A DNA stretch of 63,988 bases, the filler included, from Octopus bimaculoides (taxonomy: Eukaryota), in the NCBI RefSeq assembly GCF_001194135.2. It is 6 parts of 6 records of this genome, joined end to end, with 100 filler letters (N's around TTAATTAATTAA, not from the genome) between each part and the next. Parts side by side here need not be neighbours in the genome. Positions count along the whole stretch, not along the records: positions 1 to 9,985 come from NC_068996.1; positions 10,086 to 24,017 come from NC_068982.1; 4 more parts are not named here. One strand, written 5' to 3'. Below the pieces are notes generated by a model. The model was given only the letters and a program-made list of their open reading frames with translations, did no database searches and was not told the DNA's origin. Positions 1-12,599 of the stretch are shown piece after piece. Made by a program: the position numbers and the translations under genes. The stretch's first letter is position 1, and each line of letters opens with the position of its first letter.

Positions 1-32
1 TTCAGCATATTATCCTCCATTTTCTAATTGTT

Positions 33-66
<34 letters not shown>

Positions 67-154
67 TATTTAAAAGAGTTCCAACTTTGTCTGTTTTATT
101 TATATTCTTATAAAATTAATGTGGGACATAAAATATGGAATATATAATATAAAT

Positions 155-367
155 AGTAAAATGAAATGAAGTATTGAATGTCTTATTGAATATATGAAAT
201 ATTGAGTATTAAATATATATAGGGGTTAGTATACTTTCCTGAACAGATGTGTTCAGACGGGACCTTGATGACTGCCATGTGGCAGGAAAGTATACTAGTC
301 CTTATATATTTAATACTCAATATTTCATACATTCAATAAGACATTCAATACTTCATTTCATTTTACT
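155..367. mobile_element. Foldback/MITE-like element with about 85-bp inverted arms and about 40-bp spacer
   Basis: 155-241 (agtaaaatgaaatgaagtattgaatgtcttattgaat...tatactttcctg) is the near-perfect reverse complement of 283-367. Confidence 0.85.
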
Positions 368-668
368 CTCTCTCTCTCTCTCTCTCCCTCTCTCTTATTA
401 CTACTCCCACTGCCACCATCAACACTACTATATTTGATAAAAATATCATCAACTCTTCCTAAATTTATTTCTCTCTCTTTCTCACCCTCTCTTTTTCTTT
501 CTTTCTTTCTCTGTCTGTCTGTCTGTCTGTCTTTTCCACCGCCTTCACCATTTCTATGCGTATATTACTCTCACCCCAGTATGAGCAATAGTAGAACTGT
601 CAATGAATAGTGAGAAAGGGGGTCGAAGTATCACACACTGACACACAGAAATTAGTTTTCGCATTTAT

Positions 669-760
<92 letters not shown>

Positions 761-1179
761 TACGTCTGTATATAAATATATAACAAAGCAGCTCGTTACG
801 GGAATGAAGTAGTAACAATACTAGACGGTAACTTTTTTTGGCTACTATAACATGGCTGTTCTATACAGAACTGCGTTACTACCTTTTAGCCCTAGAAAAA
901 CGTCTTTTCCAGCCGGTTAACGACACACAATCTGTGTCCGATATATTGTGAGTAAGGGTGTGAACCACTCCCCTCCAGCTTGGCACGACCAGTAGACCAT
1001 GGTTTCTGGGTTTTTACCTGTCATCGCTACTGGACACCTGCCTGCTAGAGATGGCAGTCAATCGTCCCTAACTACATGATATAAACAGAGAAGCGACAGA
1101 CAGCCGTAGATCTCATAACGAGATCATATGTGTACATATATGTGTACATAACGAGATCATATGTGTACATATATCGTGT

Positions 1180-1224
<45 letters not shown>

Positions 1225-1271
1225 TGTGTTTGTGTGTGTGTGTATTTGTGTCTGTGTCTGTGCTGTCTATG

Positions 1272-1505
1272 TGGAGGCGCGTGGTTTAGTGGTTGGGGTG
1301 TTGCACTCATGGTCGGAAAATTGTGGTTTCGATTCGTGGACCGGCCGATATGTTGTGTCGTTGAGCAAAACATTACATTTCACGTTGCGCCTGTCTACTC
1401 ATCTGGCAAAAATGAGTAATCCTACCATGGACCGGCGTCCCGTCTAGGTAGGGAATATATGCGGCACTGAATCCGGGAAACCAGCGTTATGAGCCTATGA
1501 CTCGA
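1272..1505 (+). mobile_element. tRNA-derived SINE with CORE-like body
   Basis: ggaggcgcgtggtttagtggtt A-box, ggtttcgattc B-box, ttgagcaaaac...ctggcaaaaatgagt body shared with the copies at 6815 and 48329. Confidence 0.85.
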
Positions 1506-1973
1506 GAAGGATCTTTGACCTTTTTTTTTTCTTCTGAAAGGCGCAAAATGTGTATTGGACAGGGCCATGCAGGGTTGTTGGTGACTACCGGTGGAAGTGT
1601 CCTGGATTCTAACTGCTCAGATATGGCAATCCCTTATCACTCAGCTGAAAATGCATACATGTAGTAAACCCTCTTTTTCTGCGGCATTACTGATGGAAAC
1701 ATAATTTGCAACAAATTATTCATTTGCTCATGACCGTTACCTTTTAATTTGATATGTTAAAGTTTAAACAGAAGGATGACTGACGGATGAGTCATTATAG
1801 CGCACTTCTGACCAGGACTATTAATGTGCACAATAAAGGGGTGTAACTCTGCAATATTACCCTAACGTAGTAAAATAACCGCTATGAGGTTACCCATTTA
1901 TAACCACTTTTCTGCTAACACATATATATATAAATATAAATATGTGTGTATGCGTGTATGTGTGTGTGTGTGC

Positions 1974-2037
<64 letters not shown>

Positions 2038-3329
2038 GTCTGTCTGTCTGTCTGTCTGTCCATCTATCTAGCTAGTTAGCTTCTTACCTATCTGTCTGTT
2101 TGTTTGTATGTATGTATGTATGTACGTGTGTGTATATATATACACGCACACATACACACACACATATATAGTACACACATATATAATACACACACACAGG
2201 CATGTGGATGAATTTATGTTTTGTTTCGTGTGAGAATAATTGGGATTAGTCATTCATTTTATGAATCATGTTCATTACACCATTCTCACAAGTGTTGTAC
2301 TCAAATCACTCTACATCCACTAAAAGTAGGTTGTTGTCGTTGTTGTTTCTATGGGCTCTGTTGATTGAGTAAGGCAAGAATTCAATTCTTATGAACGAAT
2401 AGGCATTGTGTCTACAACAGAATCTGCTAAGACGACTTAATTTAGTAATCAGCAGCAGGTGCAGAAGAATTCTCCTTTGTTACTGTTAATAATAGTTGGC
2501 GCACTAAAGAAATTGACAAATAATTCCCTGATAGTTTGAGTATTAACAAGCAAAGATACTTATGAAATCTATTATCTTATCACATCTCGAAGCTATCGAA
2601 ACAGGAACTAAACCTAAGCAGTTTGGAACTTTATAAAAATGTGACGGTGGTAGGATGGCGATGTCGTAGGAGTTCCAGACTAAATGCCTTGTGTTATTTA
2701 TTCCGGCTCTTTACGTTTTGGTTTCAAGCCTTGCTGAGGGCAATTTTGACTTTTTATCCTTTTGGAATTGATGAAATAAAGTGTCAGCCGAAGGTCGATG
2801 ATATTGATTAAGTCCTCCCCTCAAATTTGATGGCCTTTTAGAAATAAAGTTTTATGAAAATGTGGCGATAATGAAATAGGAAAATCAGTGGAGCGTCAAG
2901 TAGAATTCATTACGACGTCTCTTCCGGGTCCCTGTGCACTGTGTTTAAATGCAGAATCGTCAGACGGCTGGATGTGATACCTTTCGGTAATTTTTTCCGT
3001 TTTTATTTTCGTTTTACATTCAAGTCTGGCTCCTATCATAGGGCCTGGAATTTGGTCCTCCAGGACACAATTAACTGTGATAAATCCATAATTCTTAGAC
3101 TACTCGTCAATTGGAATAACAACTTCAGTTACGTCAACAGAAGGGTTAGACCTTTTAGAAAGCAGAAAAATGATATTAAAAAAAAAACAAAAAATATTAG
3201 GAGTGTATGGGCAGAAGATTAAAAAAATAATGGAGGATGTTTTTTTTTTCTATTTTACTTCTTGAATGTGAACGAAGGAGCAGCATCCATGATCACAGCA
3301 TGTCCTAGCAGGCCTGTAATTTTGATTCT

Positions 3330-3720
3330 GTTAACGTACCTTTTAAACTGTCATCGGTCAACATCTGCATGGAAGACAGAAGCAGGGAAAAACTCTAGAG
3401 GACCGATGTTCTAGTGAGTAAAGACTGGGAGAGGGGTTAGTGTGGAGGCGTGATTGGACGCAAAACGGTTCACGAGAAGTGGAGAGATGAATCAGCTGAA
3501 AGTCCCTTAGTGGAAGAGTTGCGAAACCAGCCAGCTCCAAGAAATAGAGATTACTACAGTAGTGATAGAAAAGACAAAGAGAGGACATATCACGCTTGAG
3601 AAATAGACACTGAATCATCTCTGTTAGTAACTGAATGCCAATCAGTCGAGTGGCCCTTTTCTGGATGCGGCCCAGGTATTTAAATCCGTCGTTGAAGTAA
3701 TGTAGAAGTATAATCTGGAT
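3330..3720 (-). mobile_element. CR1/Jockey-group LINE, RT C-terminal fragment, decayed
   Basis: LGRIQKRATRLIGIQLLTEMIQCLFLKRDMSSLCLFYHY...SREPFCVQ (includes ORF 3358..3618) resembles the conserved LE.IQ.RA.R.I...L..RR..SSL.LFY C-terminus. Confidence 0.75.
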
Positions 3721-4649
3721 TCATACAGTTGACTATGCACTTTCTTACACTCCACAAATATGTGATTTTGTGTCAGAAATCATTATTAACAAGATTACTT
3801 ATGCTCTGTATACCATACATCTTCTTACATACAAGTGCAGACACTTATGTACAGACACACACACAAATACATACATTGACACATTAATATTCACATACAC
3901 AGTTGTACAAATACACATATATTAATGAGTTACACATATACAGACACAAAGACGCATACAATCGTACATTGATTCATATACATAGGTATACACGTATATG
4001 CATATATTAATGACCTACTTGTCATCTCCTCCAATAATACTCACTGATACACAAATGATGCCATCATTCATTCTTCCTTACCCTTCCACGCTCAAGTCAC
4101 GTCCTCGTGTATTCAGTGAGTGATTCTTAAAGTGACTAATATTAGGCCCCATGCCTTCTATTCATATATTAATGAAATTCGTTCTTCGACACCAGAAAAA
4201 AAAAATCTACCTCATGTATGAAAGCAAACGTAACTCACATCACTCCCTTAAAGATAAACAGCGTACAGCTAAAGAACTCAAGAAGAAAATCTTTGAAAAT
4301 TTTCTTGTGCCGGATGTACATCCTCAACATAACAAATATTCCGTCTTCAAGTGTGTGCTTTCCTTCTCGGGGTTTCAAAATAGCTCAGTCCTCAGCAATG
4401 ACTACTAACCTCACCTCACTTCAAAACTCTGTTGAGGCCAAAACTTGTGCATGGTAGACCTGCAACCACAAGGCTTAGGATCATTTGGTATTAGGCGGCA
4501 CAGGAAGAATGTATTTTTAAAGTTTATTTCCATTTTATTGACTATTGCAGACTACAGGGTGTTTTTTTTTCACATTATATATGTAATTATATTTCGTATT
4601 TGTATTTGGTTTGCAAGATTCCTTATGTGAATTTGTGTATTGTGTATTG

Positions 4650-6095
4650 AAGCATATTTTATTGTTTGGAGAGAGTCATTTTGTTTTAATGTCTTATTAC
4701 TCAACACACTCACCGGTTCGATTTCCACTCATTTACTTATTTACTTTTTTCTAAAATTTTCGTTGCTTCTTGCAACCTCTTCAATAGTCTTTGTCCGTTG
4801 TCGAATCTGCGTCCTTTTTGTTTGTTTATATGTGCACATGTGTGTGTGTGTGTCAGTGTGCATGTGTTTACACATATGTATGTATGTATGTATGTATGTA
4901 TGTGTGTGCATGCGTATATATATGTGTGTGTGTATGTTTGTATGTATGTATTCTGCATAATCATGTGTTTATGTGTTCATGTTTGTGTGTTTGTTTGTGT
5001 GTGTCTGTGTTTGGTTTGTGTGACTATGTACATGCGTCTGTTTAAGTATGGATGTGTGTCTCCATATGTATCCTTGTGTGTGTGTGTGTGTGTCTGTGTG
5101 CAAAGTGTCCGTGTGTGTATATAGTCATGTGTTTCAGTTTTCTTTTGTGTATGTATGTGTGTATATGTGTGTGTTTCCGTATTACCTATATACCTATNNN
5201 NNNNNNNNNNNNNNNNNNNNNNNNNNNNNNNNNNNNNNNNNNNNNNNNNNNNNNNNNNNNNNNNNNNNNNNNNNNNNNNNNNNNNNNNNNNNNNNNNNNN
5301 NNNNNNNNNNNNNNNNNNNNNNNNNNNNNNNNNNNNNNNNNNNNNNNNNNNNNNNNNNNNNNNNNNNNNNNNNNNNNNNNNNNNNNNNNNNNNNNNNNNN
5401 NNNNNNNNNNNNNNNNNNNNNNNNNNNNNNNNNNNNNNNNNNNNNNNNNNNNNNNNNNNNNNNNNNNNNNNNNNNNNNNNNNNNNNNNNNNNNNNNNNNN
5501 NNNNNNNNNNNNNNNNNNNNNNNNNNNNNNNNNNNNNNNNNNNNNNNNNNNNNNNNNNNNNNNNNNNNNNNNNNNNNNNNNNNNNNNNNNNNNNNNNNNN
5601 NNNNNNNNNNNNNNNNNNNNNNNNNNNNNNNNNNNNNNNNNNNNNNNNNNNNNNNNNNNNNNNNNNNNNNNNNNNNNNNNNNNNNNNNNNNNNNNNNNNN
5701 NNNNNNNNNNNNNNNNNNNNNNNNNNNNNNNNNNNNNNNNNNNNNNNNNNNNNNNNNNNNNNNNNNNNNNNNNNNNNNNNNNNNNNNNNNNNNNNNNNNN
5801 NNNNNNNNNNNNNNNNNNNNNNNNNNNNNNNNNNNNNNNNNNNNNNNNNNNNNNNNNNNNNNNNNNNNNNGCACGTACAGAGTCACATAGATCCATACAC
5901 ATAGACACACTCAAACATGTATACACATGGAGACAGAAGTGCAAAACAAATACACACATACATACACACACATACATACACACACATACATACACACACA
6001 TACGATCACACAAACACATGAATATGCAGAATACACACATACAAACGTACTCATACGCTTACATACATACATACACACATACATACATACATACA

Positions 6096-6126
<31 letters not shown>

Positions 6127-6345
6127 GTGTATACACATGCACACTGACGCACACACATGCGCACAAACAAACAAAAAGAACGCAGCTCCGATAACGTATT
6201 GAGTCAACGACTATTGAAGAGGTTGCAGGAAGCAACGAAAATTTTAGAAAAAATAAAAAAGTATATGAGTAGAACTCGAACCAGTGAGTGTGTTAATTAA
6301 TAAGGCATTAAAACAAAATGACTCTCCCCAGACAAAATAAAATAT
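4650..6345. repeat. Large inverted repeat: arms about 4650-5197 and 5871-6345 around an N gap
   Basis: For example 4751-4790 ctaaaattttcgttgcttcttgcaacctcttcaatagtc pairs with 6210-6248 gactattgaagaggttgcaggaagcaacgaaaattttag. Arms differ by scattered substitutions. Confidence 0.8.
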
Positions 6346-6814
6346 GTAATTATATATGTCTAAATTATACAACAAAACAGAAGAATATAAATTTTTTGGT
6401 ATGATTTATTCACTATTATATATGTTTCATTTGCTAATAGGAATTACAAAGATTTACATGTTATATAGACATCTACGGAATTTCCTATTAGAGATTCGTC
6501 AGAGTAAAAAAATTATACTACCATAATTCTTAATTTTAATATGCATTTTGATTTACATACAACAAGTATGGCTACATATTGATTGTAATAAAGAAATAAG
6601 TAGATGTTCTTCAAGAGGAACAGTTAGAATTTACCTAATACCTATCTAATATGTCTTTAAATTATATATTATGCATTTTATTGTGTTTTGTTATGTGCGT
6701 GATCAGTGGAAAAATTATCTTGCATGAAACTAGTCTGTAGTGCAAAGAAATGTTGGGGAACTCCTGGTGCCGTCCTACACTGACGTCTGCAATGGTGTTT
6801 TTTCTACACATGTG

Positions 6815-7125
6815 ATGGCACATGGTTTAGTGGATTGGTATTTGGCCCACGATCGTAAGGTCGTGAGTTCTATACTTGGCGGAGTGTTCTGTCCTTGAAC
6901 AAGACACTTTATTTCACGTTGCTGTCGTCCACTCAGCTGGCAAAAATGAGTTGTACCTGTATTTCAAAGGGCCAGCCTAATTACACTCTGTGTAATGCAG
7001 AATCTCCTCGAGGACTGTGTTAAAAGTACGCGTGTCTATGGAGAGCTCAGTTACTCCTCGTGGAGGCAGATCCGTTGATCGGATCAGCTGGAACACTCAT
7101 CGTCGTACCGACGGATTGTCACTTT
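6815..7125 (+). mobile_element. tRNA-derived SINE, same family as 1272 and 48329
   Basis: Shared head and body (ccttgaacaagacactttatttcacgttgct...cagctggcaaaaatgagttgtacctgta) and tail (cagctggaacactcatcgtcgta). Confidence 0.85.
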
Positions 7126-7129
7126 CTAC

Positions 7130-7470
7130 GCACAGACATTCTAATTCAAGGAAAAAGCTACATGACTAATAGGTATAAAGTCCCTCAACACCATACTCCA
7201 GCCTCTGGTCCACAGATGTACTGTGTCTCTTACTCCAAAGGTCTTCGCTCATTGGGACTATGTTGTCTCGTGCTACCGTCAACCTCTTCTGATACACCCG
7301 TTCTCGGCTCTGCTGATCTCGTCACCTATGTTTATTGAGTTGAACCAACTCGGACTCCCTAATCCTTAACTATGCCTAACCTGTTTTCCCCAAAACATTG
7401 AACCACTGGAAATCCTTCTCGGCGCTTTTTCTGTACTCTTTTTGCAGTCTTTGAGGGTCTGCGTAGGCTG
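7130..7470 (+). mobile_element. CR1/Jockey-group LINE 3' fragment, heavily decayed
   Basis: Frameshifted relics (LQPLVHRC.VS, YSKGLRSLGLCCLV, SHLC) parallel to the 3330-3720 relic. Confidence 0.45.
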
Positions 7471-7566
7471 CGGCTATTAATTATCCTTTTACTTCTGATC
7501 GAGCCATCAGGTTCTTTTTAGAAAGAAATATAGATAAACACGCAAAAACACATTAGTCAGACAGTG

Positions 7567-7609
<43 letters not shown>

Positions 7610-8184
7610 GAAAGAGAGAGACAATCATATACATGCATATTCTGTTAGCAACCCAATCGTTCTCTTTCCCACTTATAATTATCGTCACCGTTATGTAGTG
7701 TCTCACACTTTAACCCTTAGTCACCAGTTTTCATTCTCTCCGTTTCTTACCACTACCACCACTACCACCACCAACACCAACACTAGCAGCAACACCAACA
7801 CTACTACTACTACTACTACTACTTTTTCACCGTCATCAACGTGGTCTTCTCCTCCGCCTCCTCTTCACATCCTGTTCTTCCTCTCCTCCCGCCTCTACTC
7901 TCACCCATGACCTGCTCATTTGTCTTCAGGGGAAATAGCTGTGGCTGCAAATCTGCTGAAATTTCTCCCGAGAGTCGAAGAAGCTGAGGAGAAAGAGAAA
8001 AAGAGGGAAATAGAGCGAGAGATGGTAAGAGGAGATGCAGAAGCAAGGAGGCGGGGGAAGCTAGAAATAAGAAGAGGACTTTTTTACTTTTCCTCTTCTT
8101 TTCTTTTCTGAAAAGATTTGTTTGTAGACATGGGAATTTATTTGAGAACAGGAAGGAAGTTTAAAGAGGGTGTAAATTTGGAGG

Positions 8185-8224
<40 letters not shown>

Positions 8225-8512
8225 GAATGAGGAGGCCTTGCACAATAATAATAACAGTTAGAAAGAGAAGGAAGGAATAAAAGCAAGCTATGCCTCCTAG
8301 TGCCATTGTTCTGAGTTCTTATATAGAACCGAATCTAGTCGTGCAGTTGTTTATACGGAAACCTGTGTTGGGTTTCAAGAACTAATATATTTCTTTTCAA
8401 AAATTCCGTCTGCATATATATGTGAATTAATGCACATCAAAATGTCTATGTTTGTGTGTGTGTGCGTGTGTGTGCGTACGTGCGTGTGCATGTGTCTATG
8501 TGTGTGTCTACG

Positions 8513-8544
<32 letters not shown>

Positions 8545-8910
8545 NNNNNNNNNNNNNNNNNNNNNNNNNNNNNNNNNNNNNNNNNNNNNNNNNNNNNNNN
8601 NNNNNNNNNNNNNNNNNNNNNNNNNNNNNNNNNNNNNNNNNNNNAACTCTTTTTTACAACTAAAATAATCTCGGCAACTAGGTTGAGTCGCACAATTTTC
8701 AGGTCATATTCAGACAATATTTCGATCTGCTTCCAATGTTACACTTTCGTCCGATGTTTCACGCATGCGTAGAATTCTACTCAGACAAACTTTTTAAGAT
8801 GTACACATAAATATTGTATTAAAATAAGCCACGACCAAAAAAATTGCATTAAAAGACATCCATTTTTCTATATGTTATGAGGAAATACAGTCACACACAC
8901 ACTCTCTTTC

Positions 8911-8941
<31 letters not shown>

Positions 8942-9105
8942 CTCTCACGCACAAAAATGATGTATGCATATTATTTATGGGCAAAGGTAAAGAATACGCA
9001 CTCCCGGTGTTTAGGGTTAGGGTTACGCCGAAAACAGTGGGTGTGCATACTCTTTACCTCCGCTATGTACGTGTGTGTGAAAAATAATGTGTGTATATGT
9101 GTGTG

Positions 9106-9141
<36 letters not shown>

Positions 9142-11174
9142 CCACTTACACATACATGCAAAAAAATTCATGCATCACAACACACACCTTCACTCACGCT
9201 CTCTTTCTCTCTCACCTTTCTCTCTCTTTTACACACACGTCCATTTCATATACACGCACATTTTACACTTTCTCCTCTCAATTCAAAGCAAATGTCGCCT
9301 TTTCACTTTATCCTCTCTTTCAATTTCTGGTCTCTTGAAAGCATACAGAAATTAAAACAATTTTACGGAAATTAACGAACAATCATATGATCTCATATAT
9401 GTCGAGATGACAACTGTGCTTTTTCAAACGAAAAAATGCCATAAAATAATTTCATTTGACACATATACATACTCTAGGTAAAACTTCTGTGCGAATTATG
9501 TTGTTTCTTGCAGTGTGCACACGCAAATTTACAGATCAAATCCAATTGAAATGATATTTTTCTTTTGTGTAATTTGTGTTTATAACGAGCATATTTAAAA
9601 ACCTGATCTTCGATATAAACTTAAAAGGAAGGTTTCCCAGAAATCCTGTCTCTTATCTCTTCTTTCTAACATGTCCGAGGTGATATTTCCGTCCCCACTC
9701 CTTATTTTTTTTCCTAAATTTCTTCCGATTCCTATGTTTGAGATTAGGATTTCACCCACAAAATACGTTCTCAATATTTTAATTCTTGGTAATGCCTGGT
9801 AAAAAAAAAACAGTACGAATTTTTAAGAATTTTACCCATCACCTCACCACTTTCAAAAAGCTGCACACTCCCAATGTTTCACTTTTAGCTTTTGGAAAAT
9901 GGGGAAGTTTCTTCAGAATGTCGTTTACTTGTTGTTTCTGGCATGTCGGGTTTTCTGGTAGTGATCTAGTATTTTTTAAGTCTACNNNNNNNNNNNNNNN
10001 NNNNNNNNNNNNNNNNNNNNNNNNNNNNNTTAATTAATTAANNNNNNNNNNNNNNNNNNNNNNNNNNNNNNNNNNNNNNNNNNNNATATATATATATATA
10101 TATAGTTACCTGTTTGTCTAGCATCACGTTACGTGTCATAAAGTAGAACACCATAAATCGCACCGAACTGTAGGCGGTGTAAACTCGTACAAACACGGAA
10201 ACACACATATACGTATAACTGCACACATATACATACGCACATACACGTGCACGCGCGCATATTTTATACGCACTCGCACACATATATCTTTGAATGCGAT
10301 TGTCGATGTATGCGTGTTTTGCAGGAATATTCGTACGTGTGCATGGCTGAATGTTTGTCAGTTTGTTTACCTCTGTCTATGTACTTATGTATCAGTAAAT
10401 ATTGTGTACGTAGATAGAGTTAATTAACCAAGGTATGTAAACATTGCCAAAGAAAAATAATGTCTAGAAAGATTTAATTGAAACGAAATGGTTTTAAGGA
10501 AAAAAAGGGGAAATTGAAAACATTCAGCAGATGGATAAAAAAAAAATTAGGAAATTGAATGTCGAAACGGCTAAGTAAGTCAATTGCAAGTAACGTTTCT
10601 TAATTAATAGAGCAGCGTGTACAATCAGTAATAAGACAACTATAGAACATCTATTTGTCTATTAAATGAGGTAGACAGCTTTGACAATTTAAAAAGGAGT
10701 GTAATCACGTAACTGTTGAACTTGCTATTAGCAGCACACTTTCTAGCATACAAAGAGATGGACATCAATGTAATTAAAATACACTTAGATTTTTCTATCG
10801 CCAAGTCGGCTGCGAAATGACAGCACCATTGATACTCCTTTAAAAAAAACTTGATCCTTTCCTATTTATGGTAGGAAAGGATCAAGCTATCTACAAACTA
10901 AAGTCTGACCCAAATACTGGCGGCACAGTGTATTCTACAGCAATCAAACAAAGACCAGGATATGGTGTTAAGAATATGATGGTTTAAGCCTAATGTTACA
11001 AGTTATCATTGTTTTGACTCTCACAGGGCAGAGGAAATCTTTAATATCAAATACTTTGTAATGAATGCGTAGTAATATATAGATTTCACATTTAGCACAA
11101 GGCCAGCAATATCGGTGGAGGGGGACACGTCGATTACATCGGCCTCAGTACTCTACTGGTACTTATTTTATCAA

Positions 11175-12085
11175 TCAATATCCGGTGAATATGCTGTGTG
11201 GGGCATCGTTTCCCATTTAAACTGCTCCAGCCTTTGTAATATCATCCTTGCTGTATGTAGCCGAGCATTATCCTGATGGAAGAACACCTTTCATCTTGAA
11301 GTTAAAGACGGTCGTGTTTCTCCTAGCCCCGACTTGAGCCGCTCAAGCTGCTCGCAGTAGATCTTTGTTATTATTTTGGTTTGGGTTTAAAAGTTCAAAG
11401 TGGACTAAACCTTTCATATCCCACTGAACAGATAACAACACCCTACGTGGGTGAAGACCTTCTTTAGCCGGGGGTGCCGGTGTTTCTCCTTTCCCTATCC
11501 ACTGTCTTCGGCGCTTGATATTTCTATAGAGAACTCATTTCTCGTCAGCAGTCACTATTCGGTCCAAAAAAGAAATGTTCATTCTTGAGACGTGACAACA
11601 AAGAAGAGCACATAATCACCCTGCGCGCGATTACAGTCTGGCAGTTTGTGAGGAACCCATTGACCAAATTTGCTGACTTCTCCGAAAGTACGCAGGAGTC
11701 GATGAATGGTTGAATGACCAAATCCAAGCCTCTCTGCTAGTTCCTCAACAGTTACAATGGGATTTTCTTCCACCAGGGTTTGCAAGACATCCTCGTCGAG
11801 CTCTACAGATCGTCTTCTACGCTGTAGTATCCGGCTCGGAGTTTCTGAAACCACCATTGACACTGGCTTACGCTTATCGTCCGATCCACATATACTGCAT
11901 TAATATTACGTAGACTTTCCGTTGCGTTGTTGCCTTTATTGAATTCATAAAGCAAAATATGCTCTTTTGTCACTCAATTACTACCCGCTTTTATAACAAG
12001 TTGATGCAGGTACTTTATCCCGTCCCTCTCCGACTTTTAGTTCATGTAATAGAAAAATAAATGCATTATTTATGGGATGACCCAA

Positions 12086-12086
<1 letters not shown>
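11175..12086 (-). mobile_element. Decayed mariner DNA transposon, 3'-truncated, with stops and frameshifts
   Basis: Mariner-type TIR ATTGGGTCATCCCATAAATAATGC at 12086-12063. ORF 11579..11863 gives the HTH region ...LVEENPIVTVEELAERLGFGHSTIHRLL...GQWVPHKL (WVPHEL motif). Downstream frames give LHPRRVLLSVQWDMKGLVHFELL and WETMPH. Confidence 0.9.
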
Positions 12087-12135
<49 letters not shown>

Positions 12136-12599
12136 NNNNNNNNNNATATATATATATACATATATATATGTATATGTATATGTATATGTATATATATAAA
12201 TATTAATATTTCTAAGTCTCTCTAAAGGAGATTACGGCAGCGGTACTGGATATTAATAGTTATCGCCAAGCCAACATGGCAGTCTATATATATAGTCACA
12301 TAATCATGCATACATAGAAACACGTCAAAAGTAGAATTTATTGGGTTTATTGCGTGGAAGAGAAACGTCTCACAATTTAGGAAGTACCCTTGCTAGGAAG
12401 GGTATTTCTGAAACATTAAGCTGTTCTTATTCCTTGTAAACTATTTTACCTACTTATTCCATTTTATTAAAATTTTGACGTGGCTCATCACTAGATCTTT
12501 AGGAATCTTTCCGACAACGTTTATAGCATGAACAGACAACAGGAACATAAAACAGTAAAGACAACGACTTTTAAATCAAACAAGCTTTGGATTCAACTT

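Noticed and set aside
1272-1345. tRNA-like A/B boxes here and at 6815, 16728, 48329, 54574 and 60345
   Set aside because: Each continues into a shared SINE body and none gives a full cloverleaf, so these are SINE heads, not tRNA genes.
10030-10041. TTAATTAATTAA islands inside N runs (also 24062-24073, 51676-51687, 57275-57286, 62277-62288), which look like a regularly recurring motif
   Set aside because: Always embedded in Ns and encodes stops in all six frames. This is an artificial scaffolding spacer, not biology, though it does mark joins that may be unreliable.
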